Origin: Elusimicrobiota bacterium
GTDB taxonomy: Bacteria > CAYTYR01 > UBA6262
DNA length: 34,453 bases
NCBI GenBank assembly: GCA_016218565.1
Contig: JACRDM010000013.1
Location: forward strand, 1-34,453
Direction: 5' to 3'
Below, piece after piece: positions 8,049-16,120 of this stretch. Within the stretch, counting starts at the first letter, position 1; every line of letters starts with the position of its first letter. Made by a program: the position numbers and the translations under genes. The notes under the pieces are model-generated. The model saw only the letters and a program-made list of their open reading frames with translations, was not told the DNA's origin and ran no database searches.

Positions 8049-8591
8049 TTATTTCTTCTTTTCTACACTGATGATCTTAAATTTAAAAATAAACTCTTTC
8101 TTTACCCCTTTGATCTCTAGCGGGAAATATAAGCCAAACTCCTTACCTAGATATGTTTTGGCGTCATTGGGAAACAATGGTACAATATCCCAGCCGTAAA
8201 CCAGGTCATTAGCCCGGAAAAAGATATTTTGCGCGGGGATGATGGTCTCGGAGATCGACAAGCCAGGGGGCACCATTACCGCAGCTTGTGGAGCAAAACG
8301 GTCAGCAAAGCGAATATTACTAGAAACTATCCGTAAACTCGCGCCACCTGGAGAAATATACGATATTTCATCATAATTCACCTTGATCCCATTCAGAGTC
8401 TTGTTTTTCAATTCAAAATTTATACTTTTGTCATCCACCAAGAAGTTGAGATCTATATCCTCATCACTATAAGTAAGAGTGTCAGCCGGAACAGGCGCTT
8501 GCATTTTGATACCCCACGTAAGCACACTGGGGGCGCAACCTGTTAATAGTATCAAGTAGAAAATGATGGCTAAACTCTTAAGCTTATACAT
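8049..8591 (-). CDS. Hypothetical lipoprotein
   Basis: Basic N-terminus, hydrophobic stretch and lipobox LLTG-C. Mature part looks beta-rich. No family recognised. Confidence 0.75.
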   Translation of the reverse strand: MYKLKSLAIIFYLILLTGCAPSVLTWGIKMQAPVPADTLTYSDEDIDLNFLVDDKSINFELKNKTLNGIKVNYDEISYISPGGASLRIVSSNIRFADRFAPQAAVMVPPGLSISETIIPAQNIFFRANDLVYGWDIVPLFPNDAKTYLGKEFGLYFPLEIKGVKKEFIFKFKIISVEKKK

Positions 8592-8605
8592 ATTTTACCT
8601 TATCC

Positions 8606-8656
8606 CTCTACCACTTTACCACTTACCACTCTATCACTCTACCACTCTACCACTGT
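8606..8656. repeat. CTCTACCA/CTTACCA short tandem array (longest copy)
   Basis: ctctacca-ctttacca-cttacca-ctctatca-ctctacca-ctctacca-ctgt, directly after the LarA-like stop codon. Confidence 0.9.
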
Positions 8657-8657
8657 T

Positions 8658-10043
8658 TTACTTCCCCAGTACGCATAATTTATTCGCCTCATCCACACAC
8701 CATATTTTCCCGTCTTGCCGGGCAGCCCGCTCATTGATCCACTTTTGCGGGTCAGGCTCAGGTATAAAACCGCCTTTGAGCGCTGCAGCATCGGGTAATT
8801 GGGAATAAAGGTATATCTTGATCTTGGAATCTTTGAACAGCTTAATTACCCGGTCAGTCTTCCACATGAACAATTTAAAATTTTTATCCACAAAACTTAT
8901 CCACTCGGACAGGGGCCTATTAAGATACTTCACCAGGGTATCCCAGAACAGTTCCATGGATTCCGGATCCGGGCAGATACCTCGAATATGACCCGGCACT
9001 TCCGGGCGTCCATTACAAGGGGCAATAACCAGGGCTTCGCCTCCTGACTGCAGCGCTCCTTTGATGACCATGTCAAAACCATTCTGCACATAATAAAGGG
9101 TTTCGCTGGCAGGCGGCCCGCCTGGAGATTGGATCAGATATTTTGTTTTGTCCACTGTAAAACCAAGAAATTTATCCACCGCCGCAGTGACATCCTGGCA
9201 GACGAGGTCCGGATCGCCGCAATCGATCCAGAATATTTTATCTTTCTGGCTGACCATATCCAGTCCGAAAGTAATTACTGCTGCTTCCTGGAGTTGGCCG
9301 CCAGCCAGGTCATAGAGGTATTTTTCACTTATCTTGCGGCACTGCTTGTTGTCTTGGGAAAAAGGATTGTTCTGGCGGGATTGATCCTGGTGCCAGGCAT
9401 TCTTGCCAGCCACAGAATCATGATGGCGCAATGCCAGTTTGTGATTAGTCTGGATAGAAGCGTGGGCAGACAAGCCGGGAACAATGTGCTTATCAATACA
9501 GGAATAACCGTTCATATAATGATACTTGGCTTCATGGCCATGCACTCTGATCGGACAGGACAGCCACATTTTATGGATATGAACCGGGGTGCGATAGGTG
9601 GTATCCCCCAGGTAAATGTAGTCTTCCTGGCGCTCACAATAATTAGGGAATATTTGATATTTTAATTTTAGTTCAGCGGCATACTGGTTTATCCAGGCCG
9701 TGATATTCTTGGCATAGATTTCCGGATGGTGAGAGCCGGTAGCGATAAATATAAATACTTCAGCCGGTTGCCCCGCGGCAATCTCGGCCAGAAGACAGGA
9801 AATTATCTGTTCCTGTAACCCGAGCCGCAATTCGTCAGACACCACAAGCCCTACCCTTTGGTCTTTGACCACCGCACGCAGTTTAGGCCGGTTTTTCGGG
9901 GTTTGAAAACTTTGCCGGATGATCTCACCGGGGGTCCCGGGTAGAGCCTGGCTTACCTTGGGTTTGATCAAGGGGCCAGCTAGAAATTGATCCTGGACAT
10001 CCAAACTGATCTTATCTTGGCCGTAAGTTAATTCTATTTTCAC
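8658..10043 (-). CDS. LarA-family (lactate racemase-like, nickel-pincer) 2-hydroxyacid racemase/epimerase homologue
   Basis: MKIELTYG start, VVSDELR, IATGSH, H-x9-K-x15-H (HYMNGYSCIDK...NH) and SPGGPP...TLY. Confidence 0.8.
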   Translation of the reverse strand: MKIELTYGQDKISLDVQDQFLAGPLIKPKVSQALPGTPGEIIRQSFQTPKNRPKLRAVVKDQRVGLVVSDELRLGLQEQIISCLLAEIAAGQPAEVFIFIATGSHHPEIYAKNITAWINQYAAELKLKYQIFPNYCERQEDYIYLGDTTYRTPVHIHKMWLSCPIRVHGHEAKYHYMNGYSCIDKHIVPGLSAHASIQTNHKLALRHHDSVAGKNAWHQDQSRQNNPFSQDNKQCRKISEKYLYDLAGGQLQEAAVITFGLDMVSQKDKIFWIDCGDPDLVCQDVTAAVDKFLGFTVDKTKYLIQSPGGPPASETLYYVQNGFDMVIKGALQSGGEALVIAPCNGRPEVPGHIRGICPDPESMELFWDTLVKYLNRPLSEWISFVDKNFKLFMWKTDRVIKLFKDSKIKIYLYSQLPDAAALKGGFIPEPDPQKWINERAARQDGKIWCVDEANKLCVLGK

Positions 10044-10126
10044 TTCAGTCAGTCCTCCTGTTCTAATATATTATCTCTAGCCGCAAATACGGGTTACGCG
10101 GCTGTTTCTCTATGGGTCTAACAGGG

Positions 10127-10816
10127 TTAGTCTCGCACCTCGTCTGGAAAGTTAGAGATGATCCCTGAGACATCTAATTGCCGGCACATGGCGGCCTGTT
10201 TTTTAGAATTCACAGTCCAGACATAGACTTCCAGGCCGGCAGCCTGGGCCAGGGAAACTTTTTTCTGACTTACTTCTTTGATATTACTAGAAATTGCGCA
10301 GGCTTTCAGTTTCAGAGCCGTTCTTAATACTTTGGGAAATGGCTGCCGGATATGCAGTACCGCTATGGCTATCTGCCGATTCTTGCTCCGCAAATAGGCT
10401 AAAGCCGGCCAGTTGAACGAGCATACTAGTGGTGGATATTTCAGTTTAAATTGTCTCAATAATTTGACCAACGCCTCAACCAGCGGGTGATAATCTTTAT
10501 CGTCATGATACTTCAGTTCTATCATCAATTGCGGACCACCATAACAATTTTTTAAAAGCTCAGCCAGAGTCGGAATGCTTGCTCCCGGTACGGCCTTAAA
10601 TTGCTTCAGTTCAGCCAGAGTGTGAGCCGCAAGCTGGCCATAGCCATTCGTGGTTCTTTCCAGCGTCTGGTCATGAAATACTACTACTTTCCGGTCCTTG
10701 GTTAGTTGTATATCCAGCTCAAATCCGTCCACCCCAAGCTCATGAGCCTTAGCAAACGCCAATATAGTGTTTTCCGGATACTGGCCGGAAAATCCGCGAT
10801 GGGCAAATACTTTCAC
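10127..10816 (-). CDS. Glycerophosphodiester phosphodiesterase (UgpQ/GlpQ family)
   Basis: AHRG, PENT, ELDIQ, HD..LERTTNG, IELK and WTVN. GTG at 10816 follows AGGAGG. Confidence 0.92.
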   Translation of the reverse strand: MKVFAHRGFSGQYPENTILAFAKAHELGVDGFELDIQLTKDRKVVVFHDQTLERTTNGYGQLAAHTLAELKQFKAVPGASIPTLAELLKNCYGGPQLMIELKYHDDKDYHPLVEALVKLLRQFKLKYPPLVCSFNWPALAYLRSKNRQIAIAVLHIRQPFPKVLRTALKLKACAISSNIKEVSQKKVSLAQAAGLEVYVWTVNSKKQAAMCRQLDVSGIISNFPDEVRD

Positions 10817-10908
10817 CCTATTAGACCTCCTTTGTGTCTCTGTGCCTATTACGCCTTTAGGCCTAACCACGAACGACTAATGGCTCTTTCCATCAACTAT
10901 TAACTTTC

Positions 10909-10950
10909 TTCTACCACTTATCACTTTACCACTTACCACTCTATCACTGC
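10909..10950. repeat. CTCTACCA/CTTACCA short tandem array
   Basis: ttctacca-cttatca-ctttacca-cttacca-ctctatca-ctgc, about 10 nt after the glmS stop. Confidence 0.85.
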
Positions 10951-10959
10951 TCTCCGTTT

Positions 10960-12789
10960 TTATTCCACTGTTACTGATTTAGCCAGATTGCGCGGCTGGT
11001 CCACATCGCACCCGCGGCGCTCGGCAATATGATAAGCTAACAACTGCAGCGGGATCACATTAAGCAGCGGCGATAATATTTCCAGGGTTTCCGGCACAAA
11101 AAAGACATAATCAGCTTTCTTCTTAATACTTTCATCCCCTTCAGTCGCCAGAATAATGACGATACCAGCGCGGGCTTTGACTTCTTCAATATTAGACAGT
11201 ATTTTTTCATAGGTTTTGCATTTGGTGGCAATAGCCAGAACCGGCATATTTTCATCGATCAAGGCAATCGGGCCATGTTTCATCTCGCCGGCCGGATAAC
11301 CTTCAGCATGGATATAGGAAATTTCCTTAAGCTTTAAGGCTCCTTCCAGGGCAATCGGGTAATTAACATTGCGTCCCAGGTAGAGAAAATCAGTTTTTTT
11401 GAAAAAGTCCTGGGCAATTTTTATTATCTCTCCAGCAGTGGCCAGGATTTTTTCCACCTGGGAAGGTATATGCATCATTTTTTCAATGATCGTTTGCGCT
11501 TCTTCCTTAGACATAATACCTCGCCTGCGTCCCAGATACAAGAGAATAATATATAGCGCTGTTAATTGCGCGGTAAAAGCCTTGGTGGAAGCAACCCCGA
11601 TCTCTGGTCCAGCATGCGTATAGATCGTACCATCGGCGGCCCGGGTAATGGTACTGCCAACCACGTTGCAGATAGACAAAATTTTACTGCCTTTAGTTTT
11701 GGCTTCACGCAAACCGGCCAAGGTATCAGCTGTTTCGCCTGATTGCGAAATAACGATGACCAGTGTTTGGCAGTCAATGATCGGGTTACGATAGCGAAAT
11801 TCACTGGCCATATCCACCTCACTGGGGATCCGCAGATAATCTTCAAATAAATACTTGCCGACCAGGCCGGCATGGTAACTGGTGCCACAGGCCACGACAA
11901 ATATTTTATTGATGTTCTGGACATAATCAGGTTCCAGTTGCACTTCTTCCAGGAATATTTCACCTTCCTCCGGCATAACCCGTCCGCGAAAAGTATCGAG
12001 AATAACCTGGGGCTGTTCAAATATCTCTTTCAGCATGAAATGCTTGAACCCTGCTTTTTCAGTTTTGATCGGATCCCAAGTAATGACGTTTACCTTTTTC
12101 TTGATTTCCTGGCCTGCTTTATCATAGATAATGATTCCAGCCACGGTCAGTCTGGCAGAATCACCATCATCAAGGTAAATCACTTTCCTGGTATGCTGGA
12201 GGATCGCCGGCGCGTCACTGGCAATAAAATATTCCCCTTCCCCAACACCCAAAATCAAAGGGCTGCCATTACGGGCAGCAACAATGGTAGCCGGGTCTTT
12301 TCTGGAAATAACGCCTAAAGCATAGGAGCCTGCTAATTCTTTTAACGTCTCCCGCAGAGCTTTGTGCAGATCACCCTGATAATGCTTCTCCAGCAAATGC
12401 GCCACTACTTCAGTATCGGTTTCACTCTTAAAGATATGCCCTTCTTTGAGCAATTGTTTTTTCAGCAGATGGTAATTTTCAATAATACCATTATGCACGA
12501 CTACCAGATCCCCGGTGCAGTCAGTATGCGGATGAGCATTTTCTTCACTGGGTTTGCCGTGTGTAGCCCAGCGGGTATGACCAATGCCAACGATCCCGGC
12601 TAACGGGTTTTTCTTGACAGTATCTTCCAAATTGGCAAGCTTGCCGGCACTGCGCCGCAACTTAATCTGACCATCCTGCAACACCGCAATTCCGGCTGAA
12701 TCATAACCGCGGTATTCCAGCCGCTTTAATCCGTCAATAAGTATACTAACCGCATCTTTTTTCCCAATATAGCCAACAATACCGCACAT
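10960..12789 (-). CDS. glmS: Glutamine--fructose-6-phosphate aminotransferase
   Basis: MCGIVG, EYRGYDSAG, HTRWATHG, SQSGET and the PRNLAKSVTVE C-terminus. Confidence 0.98.
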   Translation of the reverse strand: MCGIVGYIGKKDAVSILIDGLKRLEYRGYDSAGIAVLQDGQIKLRRSAGKLANLEDTVKKNPLAGIVGIGHTRWATHGKPSEENAHPHTDCTGDLVVVHNGIIENYHLLKKQLLKEGHIFKSETDTEVVAHLLEKHYQGDLHKALRETLKELAGSYALGVISRKDPATIVAARNGSPLILGVGEGEYFIASDAPAILQHTRKVIYLDDGDSARLTVAGIIIYDKAGQEIKKKVNVITWDPIKTEKAGFKHFMLKEIFEQPQVILDTFRGRVMPEEGEIFLEEVQLEPDYVQNINKIFVVACGTSYHAGLVGKYLFEDYLRIPSEVDMASEFRYRNPIIDCQTLVIVISQSGETADTLAGLREAKTKGSKILSICNVVGSTITRAADGTIYTHAGPEIGVASTKAFTAQLTALYIILLYLGRRRGIMSKEEAQTIIEKMMHIPSQVEKILATAGEIIKIAQDFFKKTDFLYLGRNVNYPIALEGALKLKEISYIHAEGYPAGEMKHGPIALIDENMPVLAIATKCKTYEKILSNIEEVKARAGIVIILATEGDESIKKKADYVFFVPETLEILSPLLNVIPLQLLAYHIAERRGCDVDQPRNLAKSVTVE

Positions 12790-12802
12790 AATTCCTCCAA
12801 AA

Positions 12803-12916
12803 AAATGACAAATTTCAAATTCCTATACTATGAATTACCAATAACCAATGACAAATTGTTATTGGAATTTGGGATTTAAGAGATTTATTTGTCATTTGGA
12901 TTTTGTCATTTGATAT
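12803..12916. repeat. Inverted heptamer array (AAATGAC / GTCATTT type)
   Basis: Left arm aaatgac-aaatttc-aaattcc...caataac-caatgac. Right arm ...tttgtc-atttgga-ttttgtc-atttgat. Confidence 0.8.
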
Positions 12917-13630
12917 TTACTTTATTAAAAGCACCATTTCCTTAACCGCTCTAGCCAACCCCACAAAAACCGCGCGGGAGATAATGCTGTGGCCAATGTT
13001 CAATTCTTGCAGGCCCTTAATACGAGCTACTGGCTGCACATTGCTATAATTCAAACCGTGGCCAGCATTGAGACTTAATCCCAGGTTTAAGGCCAGAGCC
13101 GCGGCTTGCTGCAACTTCTTCAATTCGCCGGCTCGTTGTTTCTTTTCCTGGGCCTGCACATAAACACCAGTATGCAACTCAATCGTATCTGCGCCGACCT
13201 CAGCGCTGGCTTTGACCTGTTGCCGGTCGGCAGCAATAAATAAACTGACCAGGATACCTTTATGATGAAACCGGGTTATGGCTTTTTTCAGCTTGTTCTT
13301 TTCCCGCCAGACATCTAACCCGCCTTCAGTCGTGAGCTCTTTTCTTTTTTCAGGTACCAGGGTGACCATATCCGGATCGATCTTTAAAGCAATACTGATA
13401 ATTTCTGCCGTAGCCGCCATTTCCAGATTTAACTTAGTCTGAATAGACCAGCGTAAATTATAGACATCCGCGTCCTGAATATGCCGGCGGTCTTCGCGCA
13501 AGTGCACTGTAATACCGCACGCGCCGGCTTTTTCAGCTATCTTGGCGGCTTCCAGCAAGCTCGGCTCAACACCCCCCCGCGCCTGCCTGATGGTAGCTAT
13601 ATGATCTATATTGACGCATAAAATAGTCAC
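12917..13630 (-). CDS. pdxJ: Pyridoxine 5'-phosphate synthase
   Basis: [34 protein letters not shown] and NIGH. GTG at 13630 follows GGAG. Confidence 0.96.
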   Translation of the reverse strand: MTILCVNIDHIATIRQARGGVEPSLLEAAKIAEKAGACGITVHLREDRRHIQDADVYNLRWSIQTKLNLEMAATAEIISIALKIDPDMVTLVPEKRKELTTEGGLDVWREKNKLKKAITRFHHKGILVSLFIAADRQQVKASAEVGADTIELHTGVYVQAQEKKQRAGELKKLQQAAALALNLGLSLNAGHGLNYSNVQPVARIKGLQELNIGHSIISRAVFVGLARAVKEMVLLIK

Positions 13631-13647
13631 TATACGACTCCAAATTC

Positions 13648-13679
13648 CAAGTATAGGATTGAAATTCCGATACTTCAAG
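13648..13679. repeat. 32-bp dispersed palindrome, copy 2
   Basis: CAAGTATAGGATTGAAATTCCGATACTTCAAG, 2 nt after the PLD-gene stop. One mismatch to the reverse complement of 5175..5206. Confidence 0.88.
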
Positions 13680-13681
13680 GC

Positions 13682-14215
13682 TTACTGAATTTGTCTAAAA
13701 TACTTTATCAGCCTTTCGGCTTTCTCTCTATCTTTTAGCAATAATGAAGTCTCATTGTTATATTTCAATCCATTAAACGAATAATTATGACTTCCCGCAA
13801 TAATGGTTTCTTCATCTATGATCAAGACCTTACTGTGTGTTATCCTCTCTGGTTTATCAAATCTTACATCTATGCCGGCAGCCTTTAATTTTTCATATAC
13901 TTTTTGATTCGCCGGTCCTTCTTCTTCCATGTATTCGGGCTTTGGATATTCTAAAACCACATGGACATCAACACCTCTTTTGTGCGCTTCTATAATATCC
14001 TCAAATAACCGGTTAGAATAAGCGTCTTGATAATCATAAAGAATAAATAAGTAAGCGATCAGATAAATTGACTCTTTAGCATTTTGTATCTCTCTATGCG
14101 CTACTTGGAAGTACTCATCATTTAAAATAAGCTCGCTCTGTAATCCTGTTGTGGCGCATCCTGAAAAAGTCGTCCCTATTATCAAAAGTAAAACTAATAC
14201 TATCCATCTTCTCAT
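13682..14215 (-). CDS. Single-HKD phospholipase D / Nuc-like lipoprotein
   Basis: Signal peptide with FSG-C lipobox, HSKVLIID (HxKxxxxD), GSHN and NNE. Confidence 0.88.
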   Translation of the reverse strand: MRRWIVLVLLLIIGTTFSGCATTGLQSELILNDEYFQVAHREIQNAKESIYLIAYLFILYDYQDAYSNRLFEDIIEAHKRGVDVHVVLEYPKPEYMEEEGPANQKVYEKLKAAGIDVRFDKPERITHSKVLIIDEETIIAGSHNYSFNGLKYNNETSLLLKDREKAERLIKYFRQIQ

Positions 14216-14997
14216 TAGACTAAAGCCCGCTCCCTGTAATTCAACACACTCGCCAGCGTAAGCGGATTAGTATCCTCAATATCAACTGAGCTCCAGGCGT
14301 CCATCATATAGCGTTCAACATAATCATACGGTAAAAATCCGTAACCCTTCTGCCCCCATTTATCAGACCAGGAGTTCTTAAATTTAATAACTTTCTTTTT
14401 ATCATCGTAACCTACCGGGCAAATCGCATGGCCGCCCAGGGCGGGTTCATTTTTTTTAGGCATTGGCACAATGCCGGTTTTAGTTTTCATCATCCCTTCA
14501 AAAACTTCAACCCCGATAACGCAAGGCCCCTTACTGGCCAGGCTCAAGCGCAGTTCATTAAGGTTAAGTATGCGCGCGTAAGTCATAACGCAAAACTTTT
14601 TTGCGTTGACTGCCGCGCCTTCTTTTGGTTTATCTTTCTGATGCGGCGCGTATGGCCAAAACTTTTCCTGACAAACTCCTTTACTTTCAAGAATCTGCAT
14701 AGCCGCGCGAATGGTCGTGCCTTCTTCTCGCGGCATACCATCAATTTTTTTACATTCGCTATAAACAAACCGCGGGGAAAGTTCCACTAACTTTTTATAA
14801 TCAAGTAACTCCTGATATTCCTTCATGCCGGAAGCTATGGCAAAGCTAACGCAAGTCCCTTCGTCTCCTTGATCCCTTACCGGCGATAGCTTCGGCGTAT
14901 AATCAATTTTCTTAGGCAGTTTTATAACCGGCAAATACGCCCGCATTAAATAATCCCTGTCGTCAAACTTATCTTTGATACATCCAAATTTACTCAT
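14215..14997 (-). CDS. C1 (papain-like) cysteine peptidase without signal peptide
   Basis: DQGDEGTC (oxyanion Gln and catalytic Cys), GGHAI, KNSW and WG.KGY. Its stop overlaps the PLD start (TAATG). Confidence 0.92.
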   Translation of the reverse strand: MSKFGCIKDKFDDRDYLMRAYLPVIKLPKKIDYTPKLSPVRDQGDEGTCVSFAIASGMKEYQELLDYKKLVELSPRFVYSECKKIDGMPREEGTTIRAAMQILESKGVCQEKFWPYAPHQKDKPKEGAAVNAKKFCVMTYARILNLNELRLSLASKGPCVIGVEVFEGMMKTKTGIVPMPKKNEPALGGHAICPVGYDDKKKVIKFKNSWSDKWGQKGYGFLPYDYVERYMMDAWSSVDIEDTNPLTLASVLNYRERALV

Positions 14998-15232
14998 GCT
15001 CTACCTCCACAGTTATAGTTTTTACTATTTTCTTTTACCAAAGGTCAATATCTGGCTGGCCCGGAAGTTTACCATTATAACGGCGAAACCTGATCTGCTC
15101 TTTTCGCCATACTTTTCTCAAGGTTATTTCTGGTTTAGTTTTTCACTTCTAATTTTCCGCCTAAGGGAAGACCAGGCGAAAGTGTTAAAAGTCCTATAAT
15201 TCGTTTAAATTGTCGCCTTATTTTCAGTATTT

Positions 15233-16120
15233 TCAGTGTCCTAAATAATATTTAACATAAACCCAGAGCAACCAGGCTAACAAAAAGGAAATAAGCTTTA
15301 CATCCAGGTTGCTGATCATGTCCCGACGGTTAAAACTGGGGCGTAGTTGCCAGTGGAAACGCTGGCTGGAGGCGCTGGTATATAAATTAGTAATCTCTTT
15401 TTCCAGAGTATCTATGGCTAAATTAGACAATATTTTTTTATCATGCACCAGTGAAATATCCCCGGTCTCTTCACTGACAACAATGACCGCAGCATCGGTT
15501 TCTTCAGTCAAACCTAACGCGGCGCGGTGCCGGGTACCGACTGATTTAGGCAGGTTAGGGTTCCTGGATAGCGGCAAAATACAGGCCGCGGCCGCAATAC
15601 GGTCAGGCCTGATGATCACCGCCCCGTCGTGCAAAGGCGAGTTCGGGGTAAAGATAGTCCCCAGCAGCTCAGCGGTAACTTCGCTGTTGATCTTGGCTCC
15701 GCTTTCAATATAATTTCTCAGTCCAGTAGCTCTCTCCAGAGCAATGATCGCGCCCATTTTTCTAGCCGCACAGACCTCGATCGCTTTGCCTATTTCTGTG
15801 ACAAACTCCGGCCGCAGGAAAATATTGGCAAAGCGGTTAGCTCCTATCTGGGCCAGGGCGTTGCGCAGCTCTGGCTGAAACACAATGATGGCCGTAATCA
15901 CGCCGATGGTCCAGAAACCGCCCATAATCCAGCGCAGGACCGGTAACTGCAGTATCTGCGCAAAGATCGTGACCATAGAAAGAATGATCAATCCCTTTAA
16001 AACCTGTACGGCCCGAGTATCTCGGATAAGCATGAATAGTTTATAAAATAAAAAGGTCACAATAATTATGTCTACGGTTCCGCTGGCAACATCTTTGATG
16101 ATGAATGGTATTTCCAGCAT
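15233..16120 (-). CDS. cdaA: Diadenylate cyclase CdaA/DacA with an extra C-terminal TM helix
   Basis: Three N-terminal TM segments, FQPELR, LHDGA, GTRHRAA and VSEETG. Confidence 0.94.
   Translation of the reverse strand: MLEIPFIIKDVASGTVDIIIVTFLFYKLFMLIRDTRAVQVLKGLIILSMVTIFAQILQLPVLRWIMGGFWTIGVITAIIVFQPELRNALAQIGANRFANIFLRPEFVTEIGKAIEVCAARKMGAIIALERATGLRNYIESGAKINSEVTAELLGTIFTPNSPLHDGAVIIRPDRIAAAACILPLSRNPNLPKSVGTRHRAALGLTEETDAAVIVVSEETGDISLVHDKKILSNLAIDTLEKEITNLYTSASSQRFHWQLRPSFNRRDMISNLDVKLISFLLAWLLWVYVKYYLGH

Noticed and set aside
8563-8808. 81-aa ORF containing LPLYHLPLYHSTTLPL
   Set aside because: The periodic peptide is just the translation of the CTCTACCA array and the ORF overlaps two real genes.
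10075-10126. c-di-GMP-I riboswitch resemblance (GCAAA...GGTCTAA)
   Set aside because: The resemblance is on the non-coding strand and the P2/P3 architecture is missing. Only a 6-bp hairpin is supported.
2663-10950. TGGTAGAG arrays as TRAP-binding (G/U)AG repeats
   Set aside because: The period is 7-8 nt rather than about 5, and the neighbouring genes are unrelated to tryptophan.
12790-12916. glmS ribozyme upstream of glmS
   Set aside because: The spacer is short, AT-rich and filled by heptamer repeats. I saw no ribozyme core.
82-13679. 28-bp and 32-bp palindromic repeats as CRISPR repeats
   Set aside because: Only two full copies of each, hundreds to thousands of bases apart, with no spacer periodicity and no cas genes.
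5286-13679. Palindromes as integron attC sites
   Set aside because: They lack the RYYYAAC...GTTRRRY arrangement after gene ends, and no integron integrase is present.
14975-15232. 74-aa plus-strand ORF or a cdaR remnant between cdaA and the protease
   Set aside because: No YbbR-like or other recognisable sequence in the frames I read, so it is treated as intergenic.
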